The translations under genes were made by a program, and so were the position numbers. From Collinsella sp. (GTDB lineage: Bacteria; Actinomycetota; Coriobacteriia; Coriobacteriales; Coriobacteriaceae), in NCBI GenBank assembly GCA_019424965.1, contig JAHYYL010000003.1:7614-71613 (forward strand): 64,000 bases of DNA, in the 5' to 3' direction. Under the pieces are notes generated by a model that ran no database searches, was not told the origin of the DNA, and saw only the letters and a program-made list of their open reading frames with translations. Shown here one piece after another: positions 1 to 8,392 of the stretch. Each line of letters starts with the position of its first letter. The first letter of the stretch is position 1.

Positions 1-651
1 GCCCGCATCCACGCGCTCGACGGCGCGAGCTTTACGGTCGAGCGCGGCGAGCTCGCCATCATTTTGGGTGCTTCGGGTGCCGGCAAGACCACGGCCCTCA
101 ACATTCTGGGCGGCATGGACACGGCAACTTCTGGCACCGTGACGGTGGACGGGCGTGACGTGAGCTCTGCCAACGAGGCTCAGCTTGTGGAATACCGTCG
201 CGCCGATGTTGGCTTTGTCTTTCAGTTCTACAATCTGGTCCCTAACCTGACGGCGCTTGAGAACGTCGAACTCGCGGCGCAGATCTGCCCCGATTCGCTC
301 GATGCCGAGCAAACGCTTCGCCAGGTTGGCCTGGGCGACCGCCTCGCTAACTTTCCGGCGCAGCTTTCGGGCGGCGAGCAGCAGCGCGTATCCATCGCCC
401 GCGCGCTGGCTAAGAACCCCAAGCTGCTTTTGTGCGACGAGCCTACGGGTGCACTCGACTACAAAACCGGCAAGCAGATCTTGCAGCTGCTACAGGACAC
501 TTGCCGCAAGCAAGGCATTACGGTCATCATCATCACCCACAACTCTGCGCTGGCGCCCATGGCCGATCGCCTGATCCGCTTTAAGAGCGGCCGCGTGGAG
601 AGCGAGACGATCCAGCAAAATCCTGTGCCTATCGAGACGATCGAGTGGTAG
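1..651 (+). CDS. ABC transporter ATP-binding protein (5' end lies outside window)
   Basis: Frame of ORF 64..651 stays open to base 1. Walker [10 protein letters not shown], signature LSGGEQQR, Walker [10 protein letters not shown]-loop ITHN. Stop overlaps the start of the downstream permease. Confidence 0.9.
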   Translation, partial: ARIHALDGASFTVERGELAIILGASGAGKTTALNILGGMDTATSGTVTVDGRDVSSANEAQLVEYRRADVGFVFQFYNLVPNLTALENVELAAQICPDSLDAEQTLRQVGLGDRLANFPAQLSGGEQQRVSIARALAKNPKLLLCDEPTGALDYKTGKQILQLLQDTCRKQGITVIIITHNSALAPMADRLIRFKSGRVESETIQQNPVPIETIEW

Positions 652-3422
652 CGCCCATGAATCAGGACCGCCAAAACAGTCAACGCCGCGACGCGCAGAA
701 CACGGAGCGCGAGCAGGATTTTACGACCTACCGTACCGCCCAAAGCTCAAACGATATGGTGCCGACGGTTTTTCGCCGTGGCATCTACCGCACGATTCGC
801 GGCAGCCTCAAACGCTTCTTGTCTATCGTTGTGATCACCGCGCTTGGCGTGAGCGTGATGTGCGGCCTTAAGGCGGGCTGCGAGGACCTGTGTGATTCGG
901 TCGACGCCTATTTTGACCAGCAGAATGTCTATGACATCAACGTGCAGTCGACCTATGGTCTGACCGATGACGATATTGCCGCGATCCAAGAGGTCGATGG
1001 CGTCGAGACGGCCGAGGGCATCTATACCGAGACCGCCTATACCGCCGTGGGTACGACGCGCGAGCGTGTCGTCGTACAGAGCCTCTCCAAAGAGAATATT
1101 GACCAACCGGTGCTAGTGCGCGGCGAGCTGCCCGAGACTTCGGGCGAAGTGGCAGTGACCTCACGTTTTTTGAAGGCTTCGGGCAAGAAAATCGGCGATA
1201 CGGTGAGCTTTGCCGCCAACGATGCGAGCTCGTCGAACCAAAGCGCCAAGGACCAGTTTGCCGATGGGGACTACACCATCACGGCCGAGGTTCTCGATCC
1301 TACCGACGTGAGCTCCGACTCGACAGTCAACGCCTTTCGCGCTGCTTCGACTGCGGACTACAAGTTCTACGTGAGCGAGGATGCCGCGACATCTTCTTCC
1401 TACTCCGCTGTCCACGTGGTCGTCGAGGGAGCCAAGAGCCTCAACTCCTATTCGGATGCCTACTCGGCAAAGATCAATGAGGTCAAGGGCAATATCGAGA
1501 AGATCCGCGAGGAGCGTGAGAAGGCGCGCGCCCAGGAGCTGACGGTCGACACACCGGCGAGCTTGGACGCAGCTGAGCGTCAGGCGAATATGGTCTTTGG
1601 GATCGAGCAGGACAACATCAATCGCATGGCCGAGGGCAGCGACGAGCGTGCGCAGGCGCAAGCCGACCTGGACCAGCGCCGTGCCGCCGCCGACCAGCAG
1701 TTTGCCGATGCCCGCGCCGAGCTCTCTGACCTGGGCGAATGCACCTGGTACATCCAGGACCGCGATAACATCGCAAGCTACTCGAGCGTGGAGAGCGATA
1801 GCTCGTCAATTGAGGCCATTGCCACGGTGTTCCCGTTCATCTTCTTTATCGTCGCCGTGCTCATCAGCCTCACCACCGCCACGCGCATGGTCGAGGAGGA
1901 GCGCACGCTCATTGGCCTGTACAAGGCGCTCGGCTATTCGCGCGGGCGTATCCTGTCCAAATATGTGGACTACTCGCTGTGGGCGTGTCTGATCGGTGGC
2001 GTGCTCGGCAATATCATCGGATTTGTGGGTCTGCCGCTGTTCTTGTTTACGGTGTTCGACGACATGTACTCGCTGCCCCAGATGTTGCTTTCGTACGACA
2101 TCGTGTCATCACTCGTGTCGGTAGCGCTGTTTGCCGTGGGCGTGGTGGGCGCCACGATTATCGCCTGCCGCCACGAGATGGCTGAGACCCCAGCCTCGCT
2201 CATGCGCCCCAAGGCCCCGCGCGCCGGCTCGCGCATTCTGCTCGAGCGCATTGGCTTTATCTGGCACCGCATGGGCTTTTTGAACAAGGTCGCTGCACGC
2301 AACCTGTTCCGCTACAAAAAGCGCGCCTTTATGACCATCTTTGGCATTGCGGGCTGCACGGCGCTTGTGATTTGCGGTATGGGCATCCGTGATACGTCGG
2401 TCGCGCTGTCGCCCAAGCAGTACGGGCACATCACACGCTACGATTTGCTGGCGGTCGCCAATCCCGATGATTTTTCGCAGACGTGCGCGGCGTTGGATGA
2501 GCGCAGTGCAGCCAAGGATTCCGACGTGACCGTGACTTCGACGCTGCCGATTATGACCGACAACGTTACCTTTACATTCGGCGGAAAGAGCGAGACCGTG
2601 CAGCTGATCGTGGTGCCCGATGACCGCACGAACGACCTGGATGACTACGTGCGCCTAGAGGACGAGTCCAAAGAACCGCTCGCCCTGCGTGACGGGGATG
2701 TGTATTTGAGCAAGAGCTCTCAGCTGGTGCTGGGGATCAAGCCGGGCGATACGGCACACGTCCAGGATTCGTCGCTCAATGTTGCCAAGGTCAAAGTCAG
2801 CGACATCTCGCTCAACTATCTGGGGAACACGCTTTACATGACGCAGGGCACCTATGAGCGCGCGTTCGGTCGAAGTGCACGCCTTAACGGCGTCTTTGTG
2901 CTGCTTAAGGGTTCGTCGGCCGACCAGATTGCGTTTAGTAAGAATCTTAAGAGTGACGGTTGGCTTACGATTTCGAGTACGGCCGAGCATTGGGAAAACT
3001 ATGAGGCGAACTTTACGATTATCAATTCGGTCGTGGTGCTCGTGACCTTTATGGCGGCGTGCCTGTCGTTTGTGGTGGTGTTTACGCTGTCCAACACGAA
3101 TATCTCCGAGCGCGAGCGCGAGCTGGCGACCATTAAGGTGCTGGGCTTCCGCCGTGGCGAGGTGCACCACTACGTCAACAAGGAGACGTTGATCCTCACG
3201 GCGATTGGTGCCGCGCTGGGCGTACCGCTGGGTGGTGCGCTGGCCGAGAGCTTTACGTACATCTTGCAGATGCCGTCATTGTACTTTGACGTCGAAGTCG
3301 AGCCGCTGAGCTACGTGCTTGCCGTGGTGCTTTCCTTCGGCTTTACGATCATCGTCAACCTCGCTACCAATCGCACCCTCAATAAGATCGACATGGTCGG
3401 CGCCCTCAAGAGCGCCGAGTAA
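645..3422 (+). CDS. FtsX-family ABC permease, MacB-like, with two FtsX 4-TM blocks and a large extracytoplasmic region
   Basis: 925-aa ORF translationally coupled to the ATPase. N-terminal TM, a long soluble stretch with an Ala/Glu/Arg-rich helical segment, then two FtsX-type blocks (..LIGLYKALGYSRGRI.. and ..LATIKVLGFRRGEV..). GTG 645 or ATG 657 could be the start. Confidence 0.85.
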   Translation: MVAPMNQDRQNSQRRDAQNTEREQDFTTYRTAQSSNDMVPTVFRRGIYRTIRGSLKRFLSIVVITALGVSVMCGLKAGCEDLCDSVDAYFDQQNVYDINVQSTYGLTDDDIAAIQEVDGVETAEGIYTETAYTAVGTTRERVVVQSLSKENIDQPVLVRGELPETSGEVAVTSRFLKASGKKIGDTVSFAANDASSSNQSAKDQFADGDYTITAEVLDPTDVSSDSTVNAFRAASTADYKFYVSEDAATSSSYSAVHVVVEGAKSLNSYSDAYSAKINEVKGNIEKIREEREKARAQELTVDTPASLDAAERQANMVFGIEQDNINRMAEGSDERAQAQADLDQRRAAADQQFADARAELSDLGECTWYIQDRDNIASYSSVESDSSSIEAIATVFPFIFFIVAVLISLTTATRMVEEERTLIGLYKALGYSRGRILSKYVDYSLWACLIGGVLGNIIGFVGLPLFLFTVFDDMYSLPQMLLSYDIVSSLVSVALFAVGVVGATIIACRHEMAETPASLMRPKAPRAGSRILLERIGFIWHRMGFLNKVAARNLFRYKKRAFMTIFGIAGCTALVICGMGIRDTSVALSPKQYGHITRYDLLAVANPDDFSQTCAALDERSAAKDSDVTVTSTLPIMTDNVTFTFGGKSETVQLIVVPDDRTNDLDDYVRLEDESKEPLALRDGDVYLSKSSQLVLGIKPGDTAHVQDSSLNVAKVKVSDISLNYLGNTLYMTQGTYERAFGRSARLNGVFVLLKGSSADQIAFSKNLKSDGWLTISSTAEHWENYEANFTIINSVVVLVTFMAACLSFVVVFTLSNTNISERERELATIKVLGFRRGEVHHYVNKETLILTAIGAALGVPLGGALAESFTYILQMPSLYFDVEVEPLSYVLAVVLSFGFTIIVNLATNRTLNKIDMVGALKSAE

Positions 3423-3480
3423 CCTGCCTGGGATTCAAGCTGTAGCGAGCTGTAATGTACCACAACCGCATTTTTGCATA

Positions 3481-3524
3481 AACCGCCCCGCCGATTGCAT
3501 ATTTCGGCGGGGCGGTTGCTTTTT
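3481..3524 (+). terminator. Intrinsic terminator after the FtsX permease
   Basis: AACCGCCCCGCCGA / TCGGCGGGGCGGTT 14-bp stem followed by GCTTTTT. Confidence 0.8.
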
Positions 3525-3548
3525 GCCCGCGGGTACCCCAGGGGGCGG

Positions 3549-3751
3549 CGTGCAAATTCCGGAGAATTCAGCATCCCGGAGTCCGCGGGTGTGGGAGCGG
3601 GCGCACAAAAGCGCATTGAAAGCCTGACTTTGAGCTCCGGCGCCTCGAGGACCGCTCATTTTTTTGCAGAATGCGGCCCGCGGCGCCTGTCTCTCGCCCA
3701 AAATCCAGTATGCAGGCACCCTCGGCTGCTGAATACTCCCAAAAATGCACG
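3549..3751. repeat. MITE-like intergenic element A (about 203 bp) with imperfect terminal inverted repeats
   Basis: Left end CGTGCAAATTCCGGAGAATTCAGCA, right end TGCTGAATACTCCCAAAAATGCACG (inverted). Both ends and about 50 bp of the right flank resemble element B at 53641..53876. Confidence 0.5.
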
Positions 3752-3815
3752 CCGCATCCAACCCCAGGCACTTGCAGCAAGAAGACGAATAGCCTCGGCC
3801 TCCCCGGTTACCGCA

Positions 3816-3936
3816 GGAGGCCCCAAGGCTTACCTCCCAAATCTTTCCGCAGGACGGAAGGACCCCGCCGCGCGAAGCGCGCAGCGGGGTCCTGACATGT
3901 CCGAGGACGATTTGGGAGGTAAGCCCTGGGGCCTCC
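3816..3936 (-). repeat. Nested long hairpin element P1 directly downstream of pfkA (same family as 59116..59250)
   Basis: 28-bp outer inverted repeat (GGAGGCCCCAAGGCTTACCTCCCAAATC / GATTTGGGAGGTAAGCCCTGGGGCCTCC, 1 mismatch). Inner stem GGACCCCGC/GCGGGGTCC. Read in the pfkA sense it carries GTCCTCGGACATG ... CGCGCTTCGCGC ... GTCCTGCGGAA, identical to the groEL-downstream copy. Confidence 0.7.
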
Positions 3937-3959
3937 GATGGGAGCAGTTCCAGCCGGGG

Positions 3960-5039
3960 CTATTCGTCGCCGAAGCTGATGCCCAACGCCTTGGCCTCGC
4001 GCACCAGATCGCTCTGGGGATCGACGTACTTGAGCTTGCCGGCGACCTCCTCGAGCGGCATGTGGCACATCTTGCCGTCACGCAGGGCAATCATGTAGCC
4101 AAACTCGCCGCGTAGGCACCCCAGTGCCGCCTCGACGCCGCACTGGGTCGCAAAGATGCGGTCCTGGGCGTCGGGTTGGCCGCCGCGCTGCGTGTGGCCG
4201 GGGATGGCGACGCGGGTCTCGCGACCAGTCTTGGCCTCGATCTCCTTGGCGATGTCGTAGACGATCGACGGACTCGTGCGCTCGGCGAGCTTTTTCTTGT
4301 ACTCCTTCTTGGGCAGCGCCGCGTCCTCCTTGGAGATAGCGCCCTCGGCGACGGCTACGATGGTAAAGCGGCTGCCGGTCTCCATGCGATGCTCGATGGT
4401 CTTGATGACGTTGTCCATGTCGTAGGGGATCTCGGGAATCAAGATGACGTCCGCGCCGCCCGCGACGCCGGCATACAGCGGAATCCAACCGACCTTGTGG
4501 CCCATGATCTCGATGACAAACACGCGGCCGTGACTCGAGGCGGTGGTGTGGATGTCGTCGATGCACTTGGTGGCGACGTCGATGGCGCTCGTAAAGCCAA
4601 ACGTCAACTCGGTGCCCCAGGTGTCGTTATCGATGGTCTTGGGCAGGGCGATAACGTTGAGGCCTTCTTCGCGCAGGCGGTTGGCGGTCTTGGTGGATCC
4701 GTTGCCGCCCAGCATAAACAGGCAGTCGAGCTGCAGCTTGTGATAGGTGTGGACCATCGCGGGCACCTTCTCGACACCATCGGCCTCGGGGGTATCCAGA
4801 CGCTTGAACGGCGTGCGGCTCGTGCCCAGGATGGTGCCGCCGCGGGTGAGGATACCGCTAAAATCGGCGGGCGTCATGACGCGGAACCTGCTGTAGATAA
4901 GGCCCTGGTAGCCGTCCTCAAAACCGTAGATCTCGATAGGTTCTTCGCTATTGGTCATAAGCGTTTTGACGATGCCGCGCATGGTGGCGTTGAGCGCTTG
5001 GCAGTCGCCGCCACTGGTAAGAAGACCGATCCTAAGCAT
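3960..5039 (-). CDS. pfkA: 6-phosphofructokinase
   Basis: 359 aa. MLRIGLLTSGGDCQALNA.. N-terminus, ..MLGGNGS.., ..PKTIDND.., ..HTQRGG.. PFK family motifs. Confidence 0.9.
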   Translation of the reverse strand: MLRIGLLTSGGDCQALNATMRGIVKTLMTNSEEPIEIYGFEDGYQGLIYSRFRVMTPADFSGILTRGGTILGTSRTPFKRLDTPEADGVEKVPAMVHTYHKLQLDCLFMLGGNGSTKTANRLREEGLNVIALPKTIDNDTWGTELTFGFTSAIDVATKCIDDIHTTASSHGRVFVIEIMGHKVGWIPLYAGVAGGADVILIPEIPYDMDNVIKTIEHRMETGSRFTIVAVAEGAISKEDAALPKKEYKKKLAERTSPSIVYDIAKEIEAKTGRETRVAIPGHTQRGGQPDAQDRIFATQCGVEAALGCLRGEFGYMIALRDGKMCHMPLEEVAGKLKYVDPQSDLVREAKALGISFGDE

Positions 5040-5178
5040 GATGAATCCTTCCGGGCAAGTTATAACATGCGCATAAGTTTACCCCCGCACACTGTTGATA
5101 CAGGGGTAAAACGTGTTAGCTCAAGCGTATGGAAATGTAAGCAACGCCAGGGAACGTAAGGTCGACGGGCCTGGCTCC

Positions 5179-6264
5179 TTACAGTGCGAAGGCATCGACG
5201 TTGCCCCAGTGGCGGCGCAGCGTGATGGCGGCAGCGGGCTCGGTATTGTCAAAGACGACCGACCATTGCGTATTGCTGGTGATGTCTTCCGGATTGGGCT
5301 CTTGCGCCGCAGCGCGAAGGGCCTTCCAAGCGACTGCCTCGTCTTGGGCGCCGGCATGGGCGTCGAGGACATCGGCGATTGCGACGGCGCGCTCTTTACC
5401 ATGGCCCAGCTCGCCATTCTTTTGGTTGGGCAGCACTTCGTCGCCATAGCAGGCGTAGAAGTTTGTAACCTGGCGTACAGGAGTCGCTTTGAAAGCGCGG
5501 TCCGGATCGCGCGGATCCCACTCTACTACGCGCGCGTCACCGGCGGCGTCGTTGATAAAGAAGTGGTAATCGCGTCCTGCCATGGCGTGCATGTCGTAGG
5601 CAGAAAGCAGGTCGACGGCCTCTTGCGTGATGGTGGCACGGTCGAGCACCAGACGGATGGCGAGCGAGGTATTGATGACGGGGCGTTGCGTGTCCTGGTC
5701 ACAGGGCTTGGAATCCAGGGTGAGTACGGCAATGGACACGCCGCACTCGTTAACACCGTCGAGCTGGGCAAACGGGCTCATGAGTGCGGCGGCACGTCCG
5801 GCGACGGAGTCGAGCGGAGTGTTATCGCCCAGGTTGTTAAGGGCGGCAAACCCGATGGAGGCATAACCGCCGCGTGGGTGATTGCGCACCAGCAGCGCCG
5901 AGGTGTCGTCCTTAAAGTCGTAATTGCGACCGGTGCGCACGCGGCCTTCGGCATCTACGGCGACAAAAGCGCTGCAGGCAAACTGGGGCGCCTGGACATG
6001 TGCCGGCACACCGGGCAGCACCTGTGCCACCACGGCATCGATGTAGGCCTGGTCGTCGCGCACGCCAGTGGCGATGATGCGATCAAGATCGTAGTCGTAG
6101 GCGATGTTGATTGCGTACAGGTCATAGCCATCCGCGTAGCCGGTCAAGCGTTTGAGCGACGCGGCGGACTTGATTTGCTTGTGATAAACGATACCGGTGG
6201 CAGCGGCAAGGCCGACGGCGACTCCCGCGACACCGCAGGCGATGGCAATGTTACGTGGCTTCAT
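5179..6264 (-). CDS. Membrane-anchored Ntn hydrolase of the choloylglycine hydrolase / linear amide C-N hydrolase type
   Basis: 361 aa. N-terminal TM (IAIACGVAGVAVGLAAATGIV), about 95-aa pre-sequence, then ..QFACSAFVAVDAEGRVRTGRNYDF.. (Cys nucleophile + GRN.D motif typical of CBAH/PVA-like enzymes). GAGAGGAG RBS. Confidence 0.65.
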   Translation of the reverse strand: MKPRNIAIACGVAGVAVGLAAATGIVYHKQIKSAASLKRLTGYADGYDLYAINIAYDYDLDRIIATGVRDDQAYIDAVVAQVLPGVPAHVQAPQFACSAFVAVDAEGRVRTGRNYDFKDDTSALLVRNHPRGGYASIGFAALNNLGDNTPLDSVAGRAAALMSPFAQLDGVNECGVSIAVLTLDSKPCDQDTQRPVINTSLAIRLVLDRATITQEAVDLLSAYDMHAMAGRDYHFFINDAAGDARVVEWDPRDPDRAFKATPVRQVTNFYACYGDEVLPNQKNGELGHGKERAVAIADVLDAHAGAQDEAVAWKALRAAAQEPNPEDITSNTQWSVVFDNTEPAAAITLRRHWGNVDAFAL

Positions 6265-6425
6265 GACGGCTCCTCTCGTCCTGTTAGCGTAATTGTCGCA
6301 AAAAGTGCACGGGCATGATGGCTCAACTTGGCGAGCGGCGCGGGATTAAACACGGAATGAAGAGTGCGGCGCTGGCGCGGCGGGGTATGCTGGAAGGGAC
6401 CATCAACCCAGCGAAAGGGGAGAGC

Positions 6426-7811
6426 ATGACGGATCAGGAAACGCCCGAGCGCGCGCATGTGACGGCCGATGATATCGAGGCCGCCAACGACCTTATCGAC
6501 TTTATCGAGGCATGCCCCAGCATGTTCCATACGGCGGCGACCATTATGGCCGAGCTCGACGAGGCGGGCTTTACCTACCTGCCCGAGAATGCGGCGTGGG
6601 ACATCGAGCCGGGCGGGCGTTATTACACGCAGCGCAACACCTCGAGCGTTGTTGCCTTTAAGGTGGGCGAGGACCTGGCCGCGACGTGGGGCGAGGACGG
6701 CGTTGCCGGCGACTACCATTTTCAGCTGACGGCGTCGCACGGCGACTCGCCGACGTTTAAGGTCAAGGCCGTGCCTGAGCTTGACGGCGCGGGCGAGACG
6801 CTGCGCCTGAACACCGAGGCCTACGGCGGCATGATCGACTACACCTGGTTCGATCGCCCGCTGGCGCTGGCTGGACGCGTGTTGGTACGCGAAGGCGACC
6901 GTATTGAGAGCCGCCTGCTTTCCACCGAGCGCGAGGTCGCTATTATCCCGAGCCTTGCCATCCATATGAATCGTGGCGTTAATGAGGGCTTTGCGCCCAA
7001 CCGCGCCGTCGACCTGTGCCCGCTCATCAGCGCTGGTGACCTTAAGCAGGGCGACTTTGATGCTCTGATCGCCGACGAGCTGGATGTTGAGCCCGAGCAA
7101 ATTCTGGGCCGCGATCTGTTCCTGGTCAATCGCCAGGATGCGCGCATTTGGGGCTGGGCCGACGAGTTTATTTCGACGCCCAAGCTCGACGACCTGGCCT
7201 GCGCCTACACCTCGCTGCAGGCATTTTTGGGTGCCGAGAACGCGCACGACGTTTCGGTCTTCTGCTGCTTTGATAACGAGGAGGTTGGCTCCGAGACCAA
7301 GCAGGGCGCCATGTCGACGTTCTTGGCCGATGCACTGCGCCGCATTAACGGCTCGCTGGGCTTTGACGACGAGTCGTACCATCGTGCACTTGCCGCATCG
7401 ATGCTTGTAAGTTGCGACAATGCACATGCCGTGCACCCCAACCACGCCGAGAAGTGCGATGCTCGCAATCAGGTGGTGCTTAACGGCGGCATCGTCATCA
7501 AGGAAGCCGCCAACCAGCACTACTGCACCGATGCCTTTAGCCGCGCGGTGTTCCAGGCCATCTGCGATGACGCCGACGTGCCCACGCAGGCCTTCGCCAA
7601 CAAGAGCGATATGGCCGGCGGCTCCACGCTCGGTAACCTGTCCAATATGCAGGTGAGCATGCATGCCGTGGACGTGGGCCTGCCGCAGCTTGCCATGCAC
7701 TCGAGCTACGAGACCGGCGGCGTGCGCGACGTGATGTATGCCATCCGCGCCCTCACCGCCTTCTACGAGCGCAACCTAACCATCAACGGCGCCGAAAGCG
7801 TGGAACTCTAA
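6426..7811 (+). CDS. M18-family aminopeptidase (aspartyl aminopeptidase-like)
   Basis: Track ORF 6315..7811. The likely start is Met38 (MTDQETPE..), preceded by GGGGAG. ..FIEACPSMFHTAA.., ..FCCFDNEEVGS.., ..HAVHPN.., ..MHSSYETGG.. fit M18/M42-type peptidases. The start coordinate is approximate to within a few bases. Confidence 0.8.
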   Translation: MTDQETPERAHVTADDIEAANDLIDFIEACPSMFHTAATIMAELDEAGFTYLPENAAWDIEPGGRYYTQRNTSSVVAFKVGEDLAATWGEDGVAGDYHFQLTASHGDSPTFKVKAVPELDGAGETLRLNTEAYGGMIDYTWFDRPLALAGRVLVREGDRIESRLLSTEREVAIIPSLAIHMNRGVNEGFAPNRAVDLCPLISAGDLKQGDFDALIADELDVEPEQILGRDLFLVNRQDARIWGWADEFISTPKLDDLACAYTSLQAFLGAENAHDVSVFCCFDNEEVGSETKQGAMSTFLADALRRINGSLGFDDESYHRALAASMLVSCDNAHAVHPNHAEKCDARNQVVLNGGIVIKEAANQHYCTDAFSRAVFQAICDDADVPTQAFANKSDMAGGSTLGNLSNMQVSMHAVDVGLPQLAMHSSYETGGVRDVMYAIRALTAFYERNLTINGAESVEL

Positions 7812-7994
7812 ATGCGAGCCGAAGAAATGAAGGCCGAGCGTGGGGCTCAGCTTATTGATCGGGGTTTACAGCTGTTCGTCGCCGCTTGCCATGAGTCAGG
7901 GGTCGACGTGTCCAAGGCGCGACCAACGAGTGCTGAAGAACTCAAGCGTAACGCCTATTCGGACCGCTATGACGAGGAGACGGACTGGCTCTAA
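7812..7994 (+). CDS. Hypothetical 60-aa protein (weak call)
   Basis: ATG immediately follows the aminopeptidase stop (TAAATG). Charged, helical-looking sequence with no recognisable motif. Confidence 0.25.
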   Translation: MRAEEMKAERGAQLIDRGLQLFVAACHESGVDVSKARPTSAEELKRNAYSDRYDEETDWL

Positions 7995-8104
7995 TAAGCG
8001 AAGTGTCGAAAACGCTAGATGTATGTTTGATATCACTTTGGCGAGAGTGTCGCAGACAGAACTACCGGTATGGCGCAAGCCAACCTGACCCCATTGCGCC
8101 AAAC

Positions 8105-8151
8105 CTACCAAAAAGGGACAGGTTTATTTTGGCAGGTTTTATCTGGGCAAA
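8105..8151 (+). repeat. 52-bp intergenic repeat family, copy 1
   Basis: CTACCAAAAAGGGACAGGTTTATTTTGGCAGGTTTTATCTGGGCAAA. Near-identical copies at 9350, 19324 and 47276, all on the same strand. Contains stem CCWRCCAAAA/TTTTGGYAGG. Confidence 0.85.
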
Positions 8152-8270
8152 TGCCACAACGCCAACGGCAAGACGGAACTGCTAAGGCTTGCAGATGAAG
8201 CCGACGCCAGCGAAACGCCGCAGGTAGAGCGCACGCCAGCGAGAGCCCGCCGTTTGAGCCAAGGTGCCGT

Positions 8271-8306
8271 GAAATGAAAAGGCGCTGACCTTCTGGTCGC
8301 GCCTTT
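8271..8306 (-). terminator. Intrinsic terminator for the 2-hydroxyacid dehydrogenase gene
   Basis: AAAGGCGCGACC / GGTCAGCGCCTTT stem followed by TTTCATTTC on the minus strand. Confidence 0.6.
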
Positions 8307-8392
8307 GAAATTGAACGGCAGATTGGCCAAACGGCGGAACCTAAGAGCGCAGCGTCGAGGGGTTCCGGCGTTTGGTAAAACGCCGGAACAAA

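Noticed and set aside
3430-3960. Possible tRNA, SRP RNA, RNase P or tmRNA genes in the long non-coding gaps (also 7995-8392, 33936-34349 and 53387-53987)
   Set aside because: I saw no cloverleaf-compatible sequence and no conserved cores, such as GAGGAAAGUCC of RNase P or the SRP domain IV motif. The gaps are instead filled with palindromic repeat elements. Scanning by eye cannot exclude a novel small RNA.
6261-7700. 479-aa minus-strand ORF
   Set aside because: It is antisense to the M18 aminopeptidase gene and has no motifs. The peptidase frame has family signatures.
8003-8185. Small ORFs reading through the 52-bp repeats (translations containing PKRDRFILAGFI), also at 9300.. and 47192..
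   Set aside because: The shared peptide comes from translating the repeated DNA element. There is no RBS, and the flanking sequence differs at each site.
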